From: a virus
DNA length: 64,000 nt
IMG/VR virus record: IMGVR_UViG_3300017971_000272
Location: 9,817-73,816 of that record
Strand: one strand, 5' to 3'
This document shows, piece after piece, positions 10,602 through 19,127 of this stretch. A model generated the notes under the pieces. That model was given only the letters and a program-made list of their open reading frames with translations, was not told where the DNA came from and ran no database searches. The stretch's first letter is position 1. The number at the start of each line of letters is the position of its first letter. A program made the translations under genes and the position numbers.

Positions 10602-10606
10602 AGTTG

Positions 10607-10876
10607 TTAATCCTTTTTTTCTATATCTTCTTTCTTTTCATCGATTTCTTCTTCTTTCTTTTCATCGTCTTTTTTTTCTTCTTTTTTTTCATTGGCATCA
10701 TAAATTACCTTATCCGTTAATCCAAATTCATTCATAGATTCTTTAGCGGCATTATAGGCAATATCAAGTGTTTCACCTGCTGTTAGTTCCTTATCTTCCA
10801 TAGCCACTTGAATTTCACTCATTACAGGCATTAATACTTGCATTACTTTTCCAACTACTTCAAACGTGTTCATCAT
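10607..10876 (-). CDS. Hypothetical protein with charged tail
   Basis: ORF with RBS GGGAG, inside the operon. Confidence 0.65.
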   Translation of the reverse strand: MMNTFEVVGKVMQVLMPVMSEIQVAMEDKELTAGETLDIAYNAAKESMNEFGLTDKVIYDANEKKEEKKDDEKKEEEIDEKKEDIEKKD

Positions 10877-11051
10877 TGTCTCCCTTCTTTTTAAATTTGT
10901 TTTCTAATAGTTCACCAATTAACTTCTTTAACTGTGCAAAAGCATCATTACCTTCCTCTTCCTCAATAACATACTTAGCATCAGCCATTTCCATTACTAT
11001 ATATCCATTTTCTGCTTTAGATATGGACATTGTTAAATTTATATTTTCCAT
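10860..11051 (-). CDS. Hypothetical protein
   Basis: ISKAENGYIV small phage-protein motif. Confidence 0.65.
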   Translation of the reverse strand: MENINLTMSISKAENGYIVMEMADAKYVIEEEEGNDAFAQLKKLIGELLENKFKKKGDNDEHV

Positions 11052-11060
11052 GTTACTATC

Positions 11061-11471
11061 CTATCCATTTCTTAACATGTCTGCTATTCTTTCATAGCGT
11101 CTTGGCAAATCCCTTGCTGCTTTGGAATCAAGACATTCATTTGCAGCACTGATCCAGTCATTATTATGGATAGCAGCAATTAATTTTTTAAATCCTCTAA
11201 ATCTAACAGGACCTAAATTAAATCTCATGTTAATTAATGCATGTTTACATTTTTTTGGAAAAATATCATATTCTACAAAAATAACTTTTAAATCCTTCTC
11301 ACATTCCACGATATCATTTTGTAGAAGCATCATAGCTTCTTTTTTGCTGATCCCTTTTCCATCACTATCAATATTGCGCCCAATCCCTATAGTTAGTTTA
11401 CCTGCTGGACATTTATACGCTTTTAATCTTAATCCCTCATCCTTAATCAATTCTTGTATAATTTCTTCCAT
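11061..11471 (-). CDS. Endolysin, T4-like lysozyme (GH24)
   Basis: DEGLRLKAYKCPAGKLTIGIGRN (E-x8-C-x5-T triad), ALINMRFNLG, AANECLDS; RBS AGGAGG. Confidence 0.92.
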   Translation of the reverse strand: MEEIIQELIKDEGLRLKAYKCPAGKLTIGIGRNIDSDGKGISKKEAMMLLQNDIVECEKDLKVIFVEYDIFPKKCKHALINMRFNLGPVRFRGFKKLIAAIHNNDWISAANECLDSKAARDLPRRYERIADMLRNG

Positions 11472-11488
11472 CAGATAAACCTCCTTTA

Positions 11489-11854
11489 TTATCTTAATTG
11501 ACCTTGTTGTTTAGCAAGATCATTAATATAATTAGTTACTATTTTAGATTGAACAATAACTCTTACTCCACAACTTGGGCAATAATGCATGTTGTGCATT
11601 ATTGGTTGCTGACAATTCAAACATATAAAACAATGACCGGAAAAAGATATTGCATGTGGTGATATAATATGCTGATCAGTTAATAACATAGAATTTTGAT
11701 AACCTCCTACATTATTGTTATTCTGTTCAGGAACTATATCATGGATTGGACAAAGTGTATTTCTATACTCATCATTGCAATTACACAAATCATCCTCATG
11801 TGTATCAGAGTTATCCACTTTAGATTGATGTCGTTTTGGAGTTACTTTATCCAT
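11489..11854 (-). CDS. Zinc-ribbon protein
   Basis: CNC...CPIH and CLNC...CPSC motifs. Confidence 0.65.
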   Translation of the reverse strand: MDKVTPKRHQSKVDNSDTHEDDLCNCNDEYRNTLCPIHDIVPEQNNNNVGGYQNSMLLTDQHIISPHAISFSGHCFICLNCQQPIMHNMHYCPSCGVRVIVQSKIVTNYINDLAKQQGQLR

Positions 11855-11874
11855 ATTAATTCCTTTATCTGTTC

Positions 11875-11903
11875 AGAGAGATCCTGATTATCAGGATCTC
11901 TCT
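11875..11903. repeat. Perfect 14-bp inverted repeat (hairpin or operator)
   Basis: AGAGAGATCCTGAT-T-ATCAGGATCTCTCT. Confidence 0.8.
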
Positions 11904-11976
11904 TATTTGCTTCATTAATAAAAATTCTTATTCAGATTCCACTTACTATGGGGAAAAGTTAATTGTTTTAATATTA

Positions 11977-12019
11977 GCAGAGTCAGTAAAGATAAATAAG
12001 TTAATTTCACTGACTCTGC
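11977..12019 (-). terminator. Hairpin just after the stop of the read-through extension
   Basis: GCAGAGTCAGT...ACTGACTCTGC, 11-bp arms; weak U-tract. Confidence 0.45.
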
Positions 12020-12023
12020 ATAT

Positions 12024-12566
12024 TTACTCACTATTAACAGTTTCCTCAGAATCAGTTTCATCAGTTGTTGTATCTGCGACAACCGGAGGAGGTTCACATG
12101 GACCCTCAGTATCTCCATGAGCTAAGTGAATAGCAGCCTCTTCAGGGGATACAGTTATGGTTTCAGGTGTTCCAGAAGCATTACAACATACATCTACAGT
12201 TTCCGGTTCACATGCTCCTAATGTATCACCATGAGAAACGTGAATATCTGCTACAGCAGGATCACATTGAATGGTTTCACCATTACAGCATACTTCTACT
12301 TGTTCACAAGGACCCAAGGTATCACCATGATTATAATGTCCCGGTAAAGCGGAGCATGGAACTTCGAGAGTTTGTCCATTATGGCAAATCTCAATTTTTT
12401 CATCTCCGCCATTTCCTCCACCAGTATCATTATCTCCACAATTGTTAGTACAGTTAACAGTTACATTTACACCATCATCAGTAGAGCCTCCGTGACATCC
12501 GTGACGTCTACCGTTTCCGTTCCCATTATCGCCGTGATTATGGGAGTTTTGGGAACGTCCGCCGTT
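12024..12566 (-). CDS. In-frame extension beyond UGA with three C(H/C)N...H..HGDT.G.CE repeats
   Basis: 180 open codons in the same frame as 12567..13397; no ATG/GTG/TTG before the end of repeat 1. Confidence 0.7.
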   Translation of the reverse strand, partial: NGGRSQNSHNHGDNGNGNGRRHGCHGGSTDDGVNVTVNCTNNCGDNDTGGGNGGDEKIEICHNGQTLEVPCSALPGHYNHGDTLGPCEQVEVCCNGETIQCDPAVADIHVSHGDTLGACEPETVDVCCNASGTPETITVSPEEAAIHLAHGDTEGPCEPPPVVADTTTDETDSEETVNSE

Positions 12567-13397
12567 TCAAGGATGATGGGGATGACAAGGACGACAACAG
12601 CCCGTAGTACATCCACAAGCTACCTGAGTTTTAAGAGCCGTCAACTCTGCATTAGCAGCATTCAATTGACGTTCAATGTTTCTACTCTCAACAGCCTTGA
12701 TTTCAGCAAGGATCTGTGATTTATCTTCACAAGCTTGACGTTCAACAGCAGCAAACTTCAAATTGTTTCCTGCTTCAAGAGCCAAGATTTGTTTTTGAGT
12801 TTCACAACAACATTCTTGATTTCTAAGCTGTGCCTCAAGATTAAGAACTTTATTGTCACAGCAGCAATCAGCAAGTTGTTGACGAATATCAGCATTATCA
12901 CGCAAAGCATTAATTTGCTGTGCATCCAGTTTATCAGCAGTTCTCAATTCTGCACGAAATTGACCATCACGAAGATCAGTGAATTGGCGATCTCTGGTAG
13001 CATTTTCAAAAGCTTGGAGAGTGCCAATATTTCCAGCTTGGATCATATCACGAGTACAGTCTGCTTGATTTTCAATCTGTTGTGCATTACGATTCAAGCG
13101 AACAGCATTAGCAGAAGGAGAAGCCCAAGGACCAAATCCTCCACCTCCCCAACCACCTCCCCAAGCACCTCCACCACCTCCATAACCATAACCACCACGT
13201 CCATAACCTCCAGCAAGAAGCCCACCAACAGCAATTTCAGTTGCATTTAAACTTGAAGTATTATCCATTTGATTACCTCCCGATTGATTATTATAATTCG
13301 AATTATTAGGATTATTAGGATTAGTATAAGCTTTTGGACTAATGGGAGGATTATTCATCCCATGTCCATGATTCATCTTATCATTTGTAGTAGCCAT
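12567..13397 (-). CDS. Gly-rich, CCC-motif coiled-coil protein (second in-frame start at 13268)
   Basis: GGYG...GGGWGG tract, ADCCCD and ECCCET motifs, Cys/His-rich C-terminus; GGAGGT SD 6 nt before ATG 13268. Confidence 0.8.
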   Translation of the reverse strand: MATTNDKMNHGHGMNNPPISPKAYTNPNNPNNSNYNNQSGGNQMDNTSSLNATEIAVGGLLAGGYGRGGYGYGGGGGAWGGGWGGGGFGPWASPSANAVRLNRNAQQIENQADCTRDMIQAGNIGTLQAFENATRDRQFTDLRDGQFRAELRTADKLDAQQINALRDNADIRQQLADCCCDNKVLNLEAQLRNQECCCETQKQILALEAGNNLKFAAVERQACEDKSQILAEIKAVESRNIERQLNAANAELTALKTQVACGCTTGCCRPCHPHHP

Positions 13398-13463
13398 TTT
13401 CAGTTCAACTCCAATAATCGGTTTATGGTAAAGTACTTTAATCAGTATACCGACATTTGTTTT

Positions 13464-13475
13464 TTATTTGTCCAT
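13464..13475 (-). other. Minigene Met-Asp-Lys-stop behind an extended SD
   Basis: AAAGGAGGTGAT-ACCA-ATG GAC AAA TAA. Confidence 0.55.
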
Positions 13476-13502
13476 TGGTATCACCTCCTTTCCTATACAA
13501 TT

Positions 13503-14054
13503 TTATATCATGTTTTTAATGCTGGATATATAAGGAGTGGCTTGTGTAGCCAAATATGATTCTCCCAATTCTTCAATTAAACTATCAACTTTATCAAAAT
13601 ACTCAAAATGACGTTGTTCATCCTTTAACAACTTTTCAAATATTTCAGCAGAAATAGAATCCATATTCTCTCTGCATGTTACTAAATATTCATTATAACT
13701 TTCTATGGCTTTCTTTTCTACTTCAGCATCAAACTCAAATATACAGCATGGTTTTTCATGTTTTTCTATTCTATCAAAATCATAAAAATCTGTTGGTTCA
13801 CATAGTAGATTTTTAATTCTGTTAGCTATCATATCAGCGTGATGCATTTCCTCTATAGCTATTTCCTTAACTTGTTCAGCAAGTTTACTATATCCAATAA
13901 ATTCTAATTGAGTATGATGTTTTAAATATTGATTAATGGAATATAATTCTTTACTACGTGCTAAATTTAAAACATGCACTACAGGATCTATCAAGCAGCT
14001 TTCCTCCCTGCCTTCTTCCTGATCTTCTATTTTTTCATTTTCCATATCATTCAT
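13503..14054 (-). CDS. bfr: Bacterioferritin
   Basis: ELYSINQY, EEMHH (ferroxidase E/H plus haem-ligand Met), EKKAIESY, DEQRH, LGESYLA. Confidence 0.92.
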   Translation of the reverse strand: MNDMENEKIEDQEEGREESCLIDPVVHVLNLARSKELYSINQYLKHHTQLEFIGYSKLAEQVKEIAIEEMHHADMIANRIKNLLCEPTDFYDFDRIEKHEKPCCIFEFDAEVEKKAIESYNEYLVTCRENMDSISAEIFEKLLKDEQRHFEYFDKVDSLIEELGESYLATQATPYISSIKNMI

Positions 14055-14078
14055 TTGAAAGGCTCCTTTTCTTGTAAC

Positions 14079-14435
14079 TCATCTCAACAAAGCACCCACA
14101 GCTACTTCAGTTGCTCCTATAGAAGCGCTCTCATCATATCCTGAATTATCATGAGTTCTATAATGATGATGGGTGTCATTATCTTCAAAAGCCTTTTCAA
14201 GTACAAAATTAAATGGATGATCCGCCATTTCCATAGCTGAATTCCAATTTAATATTTGCACCGCTCTTTCCATAATCTTTCTTTGTCCATCAAGAATATT
14301 CCATACATCTCTGTATGTAATATTTTCATGGGTACTTAAATGTTTAACATATTCTCTTGCCATATACTCCACATCATGATATCCAAGTTTTCTTGGATTC
14401 ATTATCCATTCTTGTAAAACAGTATCACAGCTCAT
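14079..14435 (-). CDS. Hypothetical His-rich protein
   Basis: ORF with RBS AAGGAG; C-terminal GATEVAVGALL. Confidence 0.7.
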   Translation of the reverse strand: MSCDTVLQEWIMNPRKLGYHDVEYMAREYVKHLSTHENITYRDVWNILDGQRKIMERAVQILNWNSAMEMADHPFNFVLEKAFEDNDTHHHYRTHDNSGYDESASIGATEVAVGALLR

Positions 14436-14458
14436 AACATTCTCCTTTCCATTTCAGG

Positions 14459-15025
14459 TTACTGATGATCATCTGTAAATCGCTCTCCGTGTCTAACAAG
14501 TATATTATCATCTTTATCTGCTGCTTTAACCAGAACAGTTATCTCAGTATACAAATCTATCAACTTTTCAGGTCCATCTTTTGGAAAAACTAAATGCATG
14601 AATATATTATTTTCTGCCAATACTTTTAATACGATATTTTTAACAGCTACACAAAAATAAGTATTAACATTTTTTATTCTCATAAAATTAAAAGTGATTC
14701 TTGGGTTTTCTGATTTTCTTTGTTTATCTATTATGTCAAGCATATGTTTAGTTAATTCTTCAGTATCTTGACATAAACATATATCATCAAAATTACATGA
14801 TACTGAGATTTCCCAAGGTGCTTTCCCATTCAATACCTTATCTAAATCACTTGTTGGTAATTTCTCTTTCTGTGTCTTTTTTATTATATCAGGAATTTTT
14901 TTAAAAAAATAATTAACAATAAAAAACACAAAAATAACAATTATACTCTGTACAATACCTAAAAATGATCCCCCATCTTTACCAGAGAAAATCTTAAATA
15001 TCGATAAAAATTGGGTGAATTCCAT
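14459..15025 (-). CDS. Membrane-anchored protein with possible STAS-like domain
   Basis: N-terminal TM helix; ITFNFMRIKNVNTYF resembles the STAS/anti-anti-sigma core. Confidence 0.45.
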   Translation of the reverse strand: MEFTQFLSIFKIFSGKDGGSFLGIVQSIIVIFVFFIVNYFFKKIPDIIKKTQKEKLPTSDLDKVLNGKAPWEISVSCNFDDICLCQDTEELTKHMLDIIDKQRKSENPRITFNFMRIKNVNTYFCVAVKNIVLKVLAENNIFMHLVFPKDGPEKLIDLYTEITVLVKAADKDDNILVRHGERFTDDHQ

Positions 15026-15033
15026 ATTAAATC

Positions 15034-15960
15034 CTAACCGTCGTTACTGCTACGTTTTTTAATTCTATATTTCAACTTTCTGCTGTAATAACCAATTGAT
15101 CGCTTCATGTAGTGTCTGTACTTAATAAATATAGAAAATAATCCAGAAAATAATATTGTTATTAATACTAAAGAAAATAATTTTAATGTCATTTGGATGA
15201 TTGAATTTGCATACTGTTTCTGATTGTCCTTTATATTTTCTGCTCTATAAAATAAACATAAATATCCCCATTGTTTGTTATTAATTTTAATAGGCGAATA
15301 AGCTACATAATAAGGTTCTGAAGACATGCTATCTGTGTACTGAAAATATCTGTTTCTATTATGTGTTATCTCACCAATAAGTCTAAATTGAAAAGTTAAT
15401 CTACGAGTTACTTTTATTTGCTGATCCCCTTCTATCGTATAAGATAAAGGACTATCCTGTTTAGTGATAAGCCAAGGAAGATGGCCATCTTCCCTTAAAA
15501 TATAAAGACCATGAATATGTTTTTGTTTAATAGATATATCCATAAATCGTTTAACAAGTCTATCCAAAATTACATTATCTACATAACTAATGGAATGTCT
15601 GTTTAGATCATAATTACGTAATAAGGATAAATCATTATATGGATATTGCTGAAACAAAGTATAATAATCAGTGCTATCTGCTTTTCTATATCTACTATCA
15701 AACATATTTACAAAAGTATATCTGCTGGAAAAAGCCCATTGGGTAAGATAGGAACTTTGAGTATCTGCTTGTGCTTTTTTTGACTGGTGATACATTTGTA
15801 ACATATTATTCTCATGTATAGTAAAAGCCGGAATACTCATTATAAATAAAAGAATAAGTAAATATAAAAATATTCTGTTATGTTCATAAAATTCTAATGC
15901 TACATAAGATAGTTTTTTTAAGAAACTATCTTTATATTTTTTATTATCTGCTATATCCAT
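15034..15960 (-). CDS. Two-TM membrane protein with Cache-like extracytoplasmic sensor domain, no output domain
   Basis: Two hydrophobic segments flank about 210 aa containing GLYILREDG and YYVAYSPIKINNKQWGYL. Confidence 0.55.
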   Translation of the reverse strand: MDIADNKKYKDSFLKKLSYVALEFYEHNRIFLYLLILLFIMSIPAFTIHENNMLQMYHQSKKAQADTQSSYLTQWAFSSRYTFVNMFDSRYRKADSTDYYTLFQQYPYNDLSLLRNYDLNRHSISYVDNVILDRLVKRFMDISIKQKHIHGLYILREDGHLPWLITKQDSPLSYTIEGDQQIKVTRRLTFQFRLIGEITHNRNRYFQYTDSMSSEPYYVAYSPIKINNKQWGYLCLFYRAENIKDNQKQYANSIIQMTLKLFSLVLITILFSGLFSIFIKYRHYMKRSIGYYSRKLKYRIKKRSSNDG

Positions 15961-15961
15961 T

Positions 15962-16231
15962 TTAATAATATTCTTTAACTTCCCAACTTACATAATGGGT
16001 GAAAGATTTATCGCTGTTTTCAAATATCACTGTCAATGTTTGTGGATCAGTTAAACTTAAAAAACATCTTCCTCTATCTGATTTACTTTGAGGAGGATCG
16101 CATATTGTGCCAAGTAATCTAACACTTGCTTTATTGCCAACATTATTTATAGTGACAGTGATTGTTTTCTTATTTGTCGCTATAACAGTGCCTCTTTGAA
16201 CACTTTTAATTCCACTATTCCTATAGGTCAT
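15962..16231 (-). CDS. Small fibre-associated protein
   Basis: IKSVQRGT...VSWEVKEYY, a common phage fibre module. Confidence 0.55.
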   Translation of the reverse strand: MTYRNSGIKSVQRGTVIATNKKTITVTINNVGNKASVRLLGTICDPPQSKSDRGRCFLSLTDPQTLTVIFENSDKSFTHYVSWEVKEYY

Positions 16232-16628
16232 AATTAAACACTATATCAGCCTCTTGTTGGGTAATGATATTGCTTCCAAGCAAATAACCGATACCTTGTG
16301 TTATTAAAGGATCTTTAACATCTATTTCTGTAGCCATATTATATTGCATCATAAAGTTTTCTACCATCACATCTGTTTTAGCAGCAGCAAGAAGTTTAAC
16401 TTGGCTATCTATACTGAACATATTCCAAAATTCTAACTTAGATACTATAACAGAAGAATCATTTTGTACGGGGATAAAAGTAGAGGTCTCTCTATCATAT
16501 TTAGTCCCAATCAGTTCCAAATTATAAGTATCTATATGAAGAATATTGTCCCCTTCAAGTTTATCTGGATTCTCTGTTATTGCTTTCACAATATCATCTT
16601 CATCTAATTGCACATGATAATATGGCAT
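16221..16628 (-). CDS. Fibre assembly/chaperone-like protein (paralogue A)
   Basis: VSKLEFWNMF...IDVKDPLITQGI...IITQQEA domain. Confidence 0.6.
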   Translation of the reverse strand: MPYYHVQLDEDDIVKAITENPDKLEGDNILHIDTYNLELIGTKYDRETSTFIPVQNDSSVIVSKLEFWNMFSIDSQVKLLAAAKTDVMVENFMMQYNMATEIDVKDPLITQGIGYLLGSNIITQQEADIVFNYDL

Positions 16629-16860
16629 TATATGCCCTCCATTTGTAAAACATTATTTGCTTCTTCCTCTGTAATTATACCGTTATCTCTTAAATAGGTG
16701 ATACCTTGTGTTATTAAAGGATCTTTAACATCTATTTCTGTAGCCATATTATATTGCATCATAAAGTTTTCTACCATCACATCTGTTTTAGCTGCGTCTA
16801 ATACATTGACTTGACTTTGGGTAGAAAACATATTCCAAAATTCTAACTTAGATACTATAA
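16290..16860. repeat. Direct duplication between adjacent genes (93-bp and 34-bp identical blocks, offset 410)
   Basis: 16290-16382 = 16700-16792; 16417-16450 = 16827-16860. Confidence 0.9.
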
Positions 16861-16945
16861 TTGAAATATCTGCTATGTCCTGTTGAATAGTAACTTCTTC
16901 TTCACTTTCTAAACCTGATTCATTAAAAATTCTTATTTTAGTCAT
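16628..16945 (-). CDS. Fibre assembly/chaperone-like protein (paralogue B)
   Basis: Same C-terminal domain as 16221..16628. Confidence 0.6.
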   Translation of the reverse strand: MTKIRIFNESGLESEEEVTIQQDIADISIIVSKLEFWNMFSTQSQVNVLDAAKTDVMVENFMMQYNMATEIDVKDPLITQGITYLRDNGIITEEEANNVLQMEGI

Positions 16946-16946
16946 T

Positions 16947-17558
16947 TTAACCTCTTAAATATATAACTGGATAATTTGGGCCTAAAATAGCTGGTGTTGC
17001 TGTAGCTGGTAAAGATGTATTTATTTCTCCGAATGCATCTAAAAGCGAATAATAAGCAGAAGATACAGCTCTAAGAGATGATAAACCATTATTATATAAA
17101 ATAGAATGTGAACTGGATGTATATGTAGCTGATGTTGTTGCTCCATATATAATAACTACTGTTGACGAAAGACGACATGCTAACCAGTACAGTGTTCCTT
17201 TAGTTAATTGCTGTGATATTGTAGATATATTTAATGCTGCTGTTGCTCCTACTGTTATTTGTGGAGCAGACAATAAACGTGTTCCAGGTAAGTTATTTGA
17301 TGCATTATTATATATCCCTACATCTATTGTTACTCCTTCATAACTTGTATTAGTATTAGCTATTACTATTCCTGTAAATATATGTGTTATTATTGGAATA
17401 AAAGGCACATAATAAATATAACCTGCTGTGATTTGTGTTCCTGCTGCAACTCTTGCAGGTATTATTGAAGGAGGATAAAACAGATTAGATTGATAACCAT
17501 TAAATTCTAAAGGCTGTTTATAATAGGAATCAAAATTTTTATCTTTCAAATAAGTCAT
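16947..17558 (-). CDS. Putative fibre tip / jelly-roll virion protein
   Basis: DVGIYNN...PGTRL...LTKGTLYWLA pattern. Confidence 0.5.
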   Translation of the reverse strand: MTYLKDKNFDSYYKQPLEFNGYQSNLFYPPSIIPARVAAGTQITAGYIYYVPFIPIITHIFTGIVIANTNTSYEGVTIDVGIYNNASNNLPGTRLLSAPQITVGATAALNISTISQQLTKGTLYWLACRLSSTVVIIYGATTSATYTSSSHSILYNNGLSSLRAVSSAYYSLLDAFGEINTSLPATATPAILGPNYPVIYLRG

Positions 17559-17571
17559 GAAACAGTCCTTT

Positions 17572-18057
17572 CTATAAAATTAACCATTTCGTTCCAGTTG
17601 GAAAAATTGTATAGTTTTCATCAGGCCCTACTGTTATAGAGGTTTCCCCATCTATTTCTTCTGATGAATTGCCATCAATAGTTATATTGCCTGAACTCGT
17701 GTTTTTAATATCATAATTTTTCTTTGCTGCTGTAGATACAGCATGTAAAGTAATAGTGACTCCGGATGCTGTTACTTCTATCACATCATTAGAATCTGAA
17801 ATAGTTTGATTGGAGGAATAAGAATTATAGGCTCTTGAGGGAACATCTCCACCACCACCTAAATCTGCCCATGCTCCATTTTGGTATCCTCTGAAAGTAT
17901 GGGATGTGGAGTTGTAATACCACATCCCATTTCTCGGATTACCTGTACCATTACTATTACTGTCCCATTTATTGCCTCTAATAAAAGTTAGGCAAGCAGC
18001 ATCATTAGCATTTTCGCCACAATAATTATGTTGTCGGTACGGTAAAGTTAAAGACAT
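17572..18057 (-). CDS. Putative head fibre protein
   Basis: N-terminal domain paralogous to 18071..19102; C-terminal ITIDGNSSEEIDG...W module. Confidence 0.55.
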   Translation of the reverse strand: MSLTLPYRQHNYCGENANDAACLTFIRGNKWDSNSNGTGNPRNGMWYYNSTSHTFRGYQNGAWADLGGGGDVPSRAYNSYSSNQTISDSNDVIEVTASGVTITLHAVSTAAKKNYDIKNTSSGNITIDGNSSEEIDGETSITVGPDENYTIFPTGTKWLIL

Positions 18058-18070
18058 TGCTATCTCCTGT

Positions 18071-19102
18071 TTACATTACAACCCATCCACTATTAGTTCC
18101 ATCTATATTATAATACCCTATATCGTTAGTTGTATCGAAACAGAAATCTCCAATAGCTCCCGAAACCACACCATTTGGATTTCCTGCATTTGTGGACCTG
18201 CCTGATGGATTTCTTGTGTTTAATTCTGTTAATGCTGTCTCTACATCAGTAGCGTTATTTAAGTTGGTCTTACTATCTGTACCAACTAATGAAGCGCCCT
18301 CACTACCACCTGTAGTACTTCCTATTTCACTTTCTGTGTAATATCTATCATCATGGGTATGTAAAGCAGTATCACCACCACCAGTCAATCCTGTAGATTG
18401 GGCAGATGTTAAATGATAATACTCATTAGTAGTTCCACCTTGCAATCCTGATGTAGCGTTATGCTCTGTTGATGCTGCCCATTCTCCCCATGAAGCGCCA
18501 TCGAACACATAAAATTTATTATCGGTTTCATTACGTGTTGTGGTTCCTTCATCTGGAACAGTTTCAACCCATGATGTGCCATTCCATTCATAAATATAAT
18601 TATCTGTCCATCCATTTGCTGTAGCTGTAGAAATATATCTATCGCCTACAGAGGGTCCAGGAGGAGTGCTTGCAGTTGGATCATAAAAATCAATTACTGA
18701 TTCTTGCCAATCTTTTCCTTGATCCACATATTCTTTTGTTGCTGCATCTGTGGCATTTGTTGGATAAGCTACATTGGTCAATGCAAATCCACCCATTGAC
18801 TGATCACCAGTGAAATCCCTTGTTCCATCTACAAGAGTATATTGTAAATGGTTATCATCTAAATCTCTATCTGTAAGATTATTATGAACAAGAGTTCCTT
18901 GAGTGAGTTGTGTCCATGATCCATTAGCATATACTTTTAAAACATTCAATGTGGTATCATAAAACAACATACCATTTTGAGGATCACCAGTACCATCATT
19001 AGTACTATCCCACTTGTTAGCCTGAATAAAAGTCAATGCTGCTGATTCAGTTGCTATCTCACCTAAATAATGATGTTGCCGATACGGAGCTGTTAAAGCC
19101 AT
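18071..19102 (-). CDS. Putative head fibre protein
   Basis: TDAATKEYVD, PSVGDRYI, EYYHLT and HTHDDRYYTESE fibre motifs. Confidence 0.65.
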   Translation of the reverse strand: MALTAPYRQHHYLGEIATESAALTFIQANKWDSTNDGTGDPQNGMLFYDTTLNVLKVYANGSWTQLTQGTLVHNNLTDRDLDDNHLQYTLVDGTRDFTGDQSMGGFALTNVAYPTNATDAATKEYVDQGKDWQESVIDFYDPTASTPPGPSVGDRYISTATANGWTDNYIYEWNGTSWVETVPDEGTTTRNETDNKFYVFDGASWGEWAASTEHNATSGLQGGTTNEYYHLTSAQSTGLTGGGDTALHTHDDRYYTESEIGSTTGGSEGASLVGTDSKTNLNNATDVETALTELNTRNPSGRSTNAGNPNGVVSGAIGDFCFDTTNDIGYYNIDGTNSGWVVM

Positions 19103-19127
19103 TAGTTTTCTCCTTTTTAATAATTAA

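Noticed and set aside
13478-13495. 16S rRNA 3'-end fragment (ATCACCTCCTTT)
   Set aside because: Only 12 nt match; better explained as an extended SD on the minus strand.
16290-16860. Possible DGR template/variable repeat pair
   Set aside because: Differences are not confined to adenines, both copies are coding, and no reverse transcriptase is in the window.
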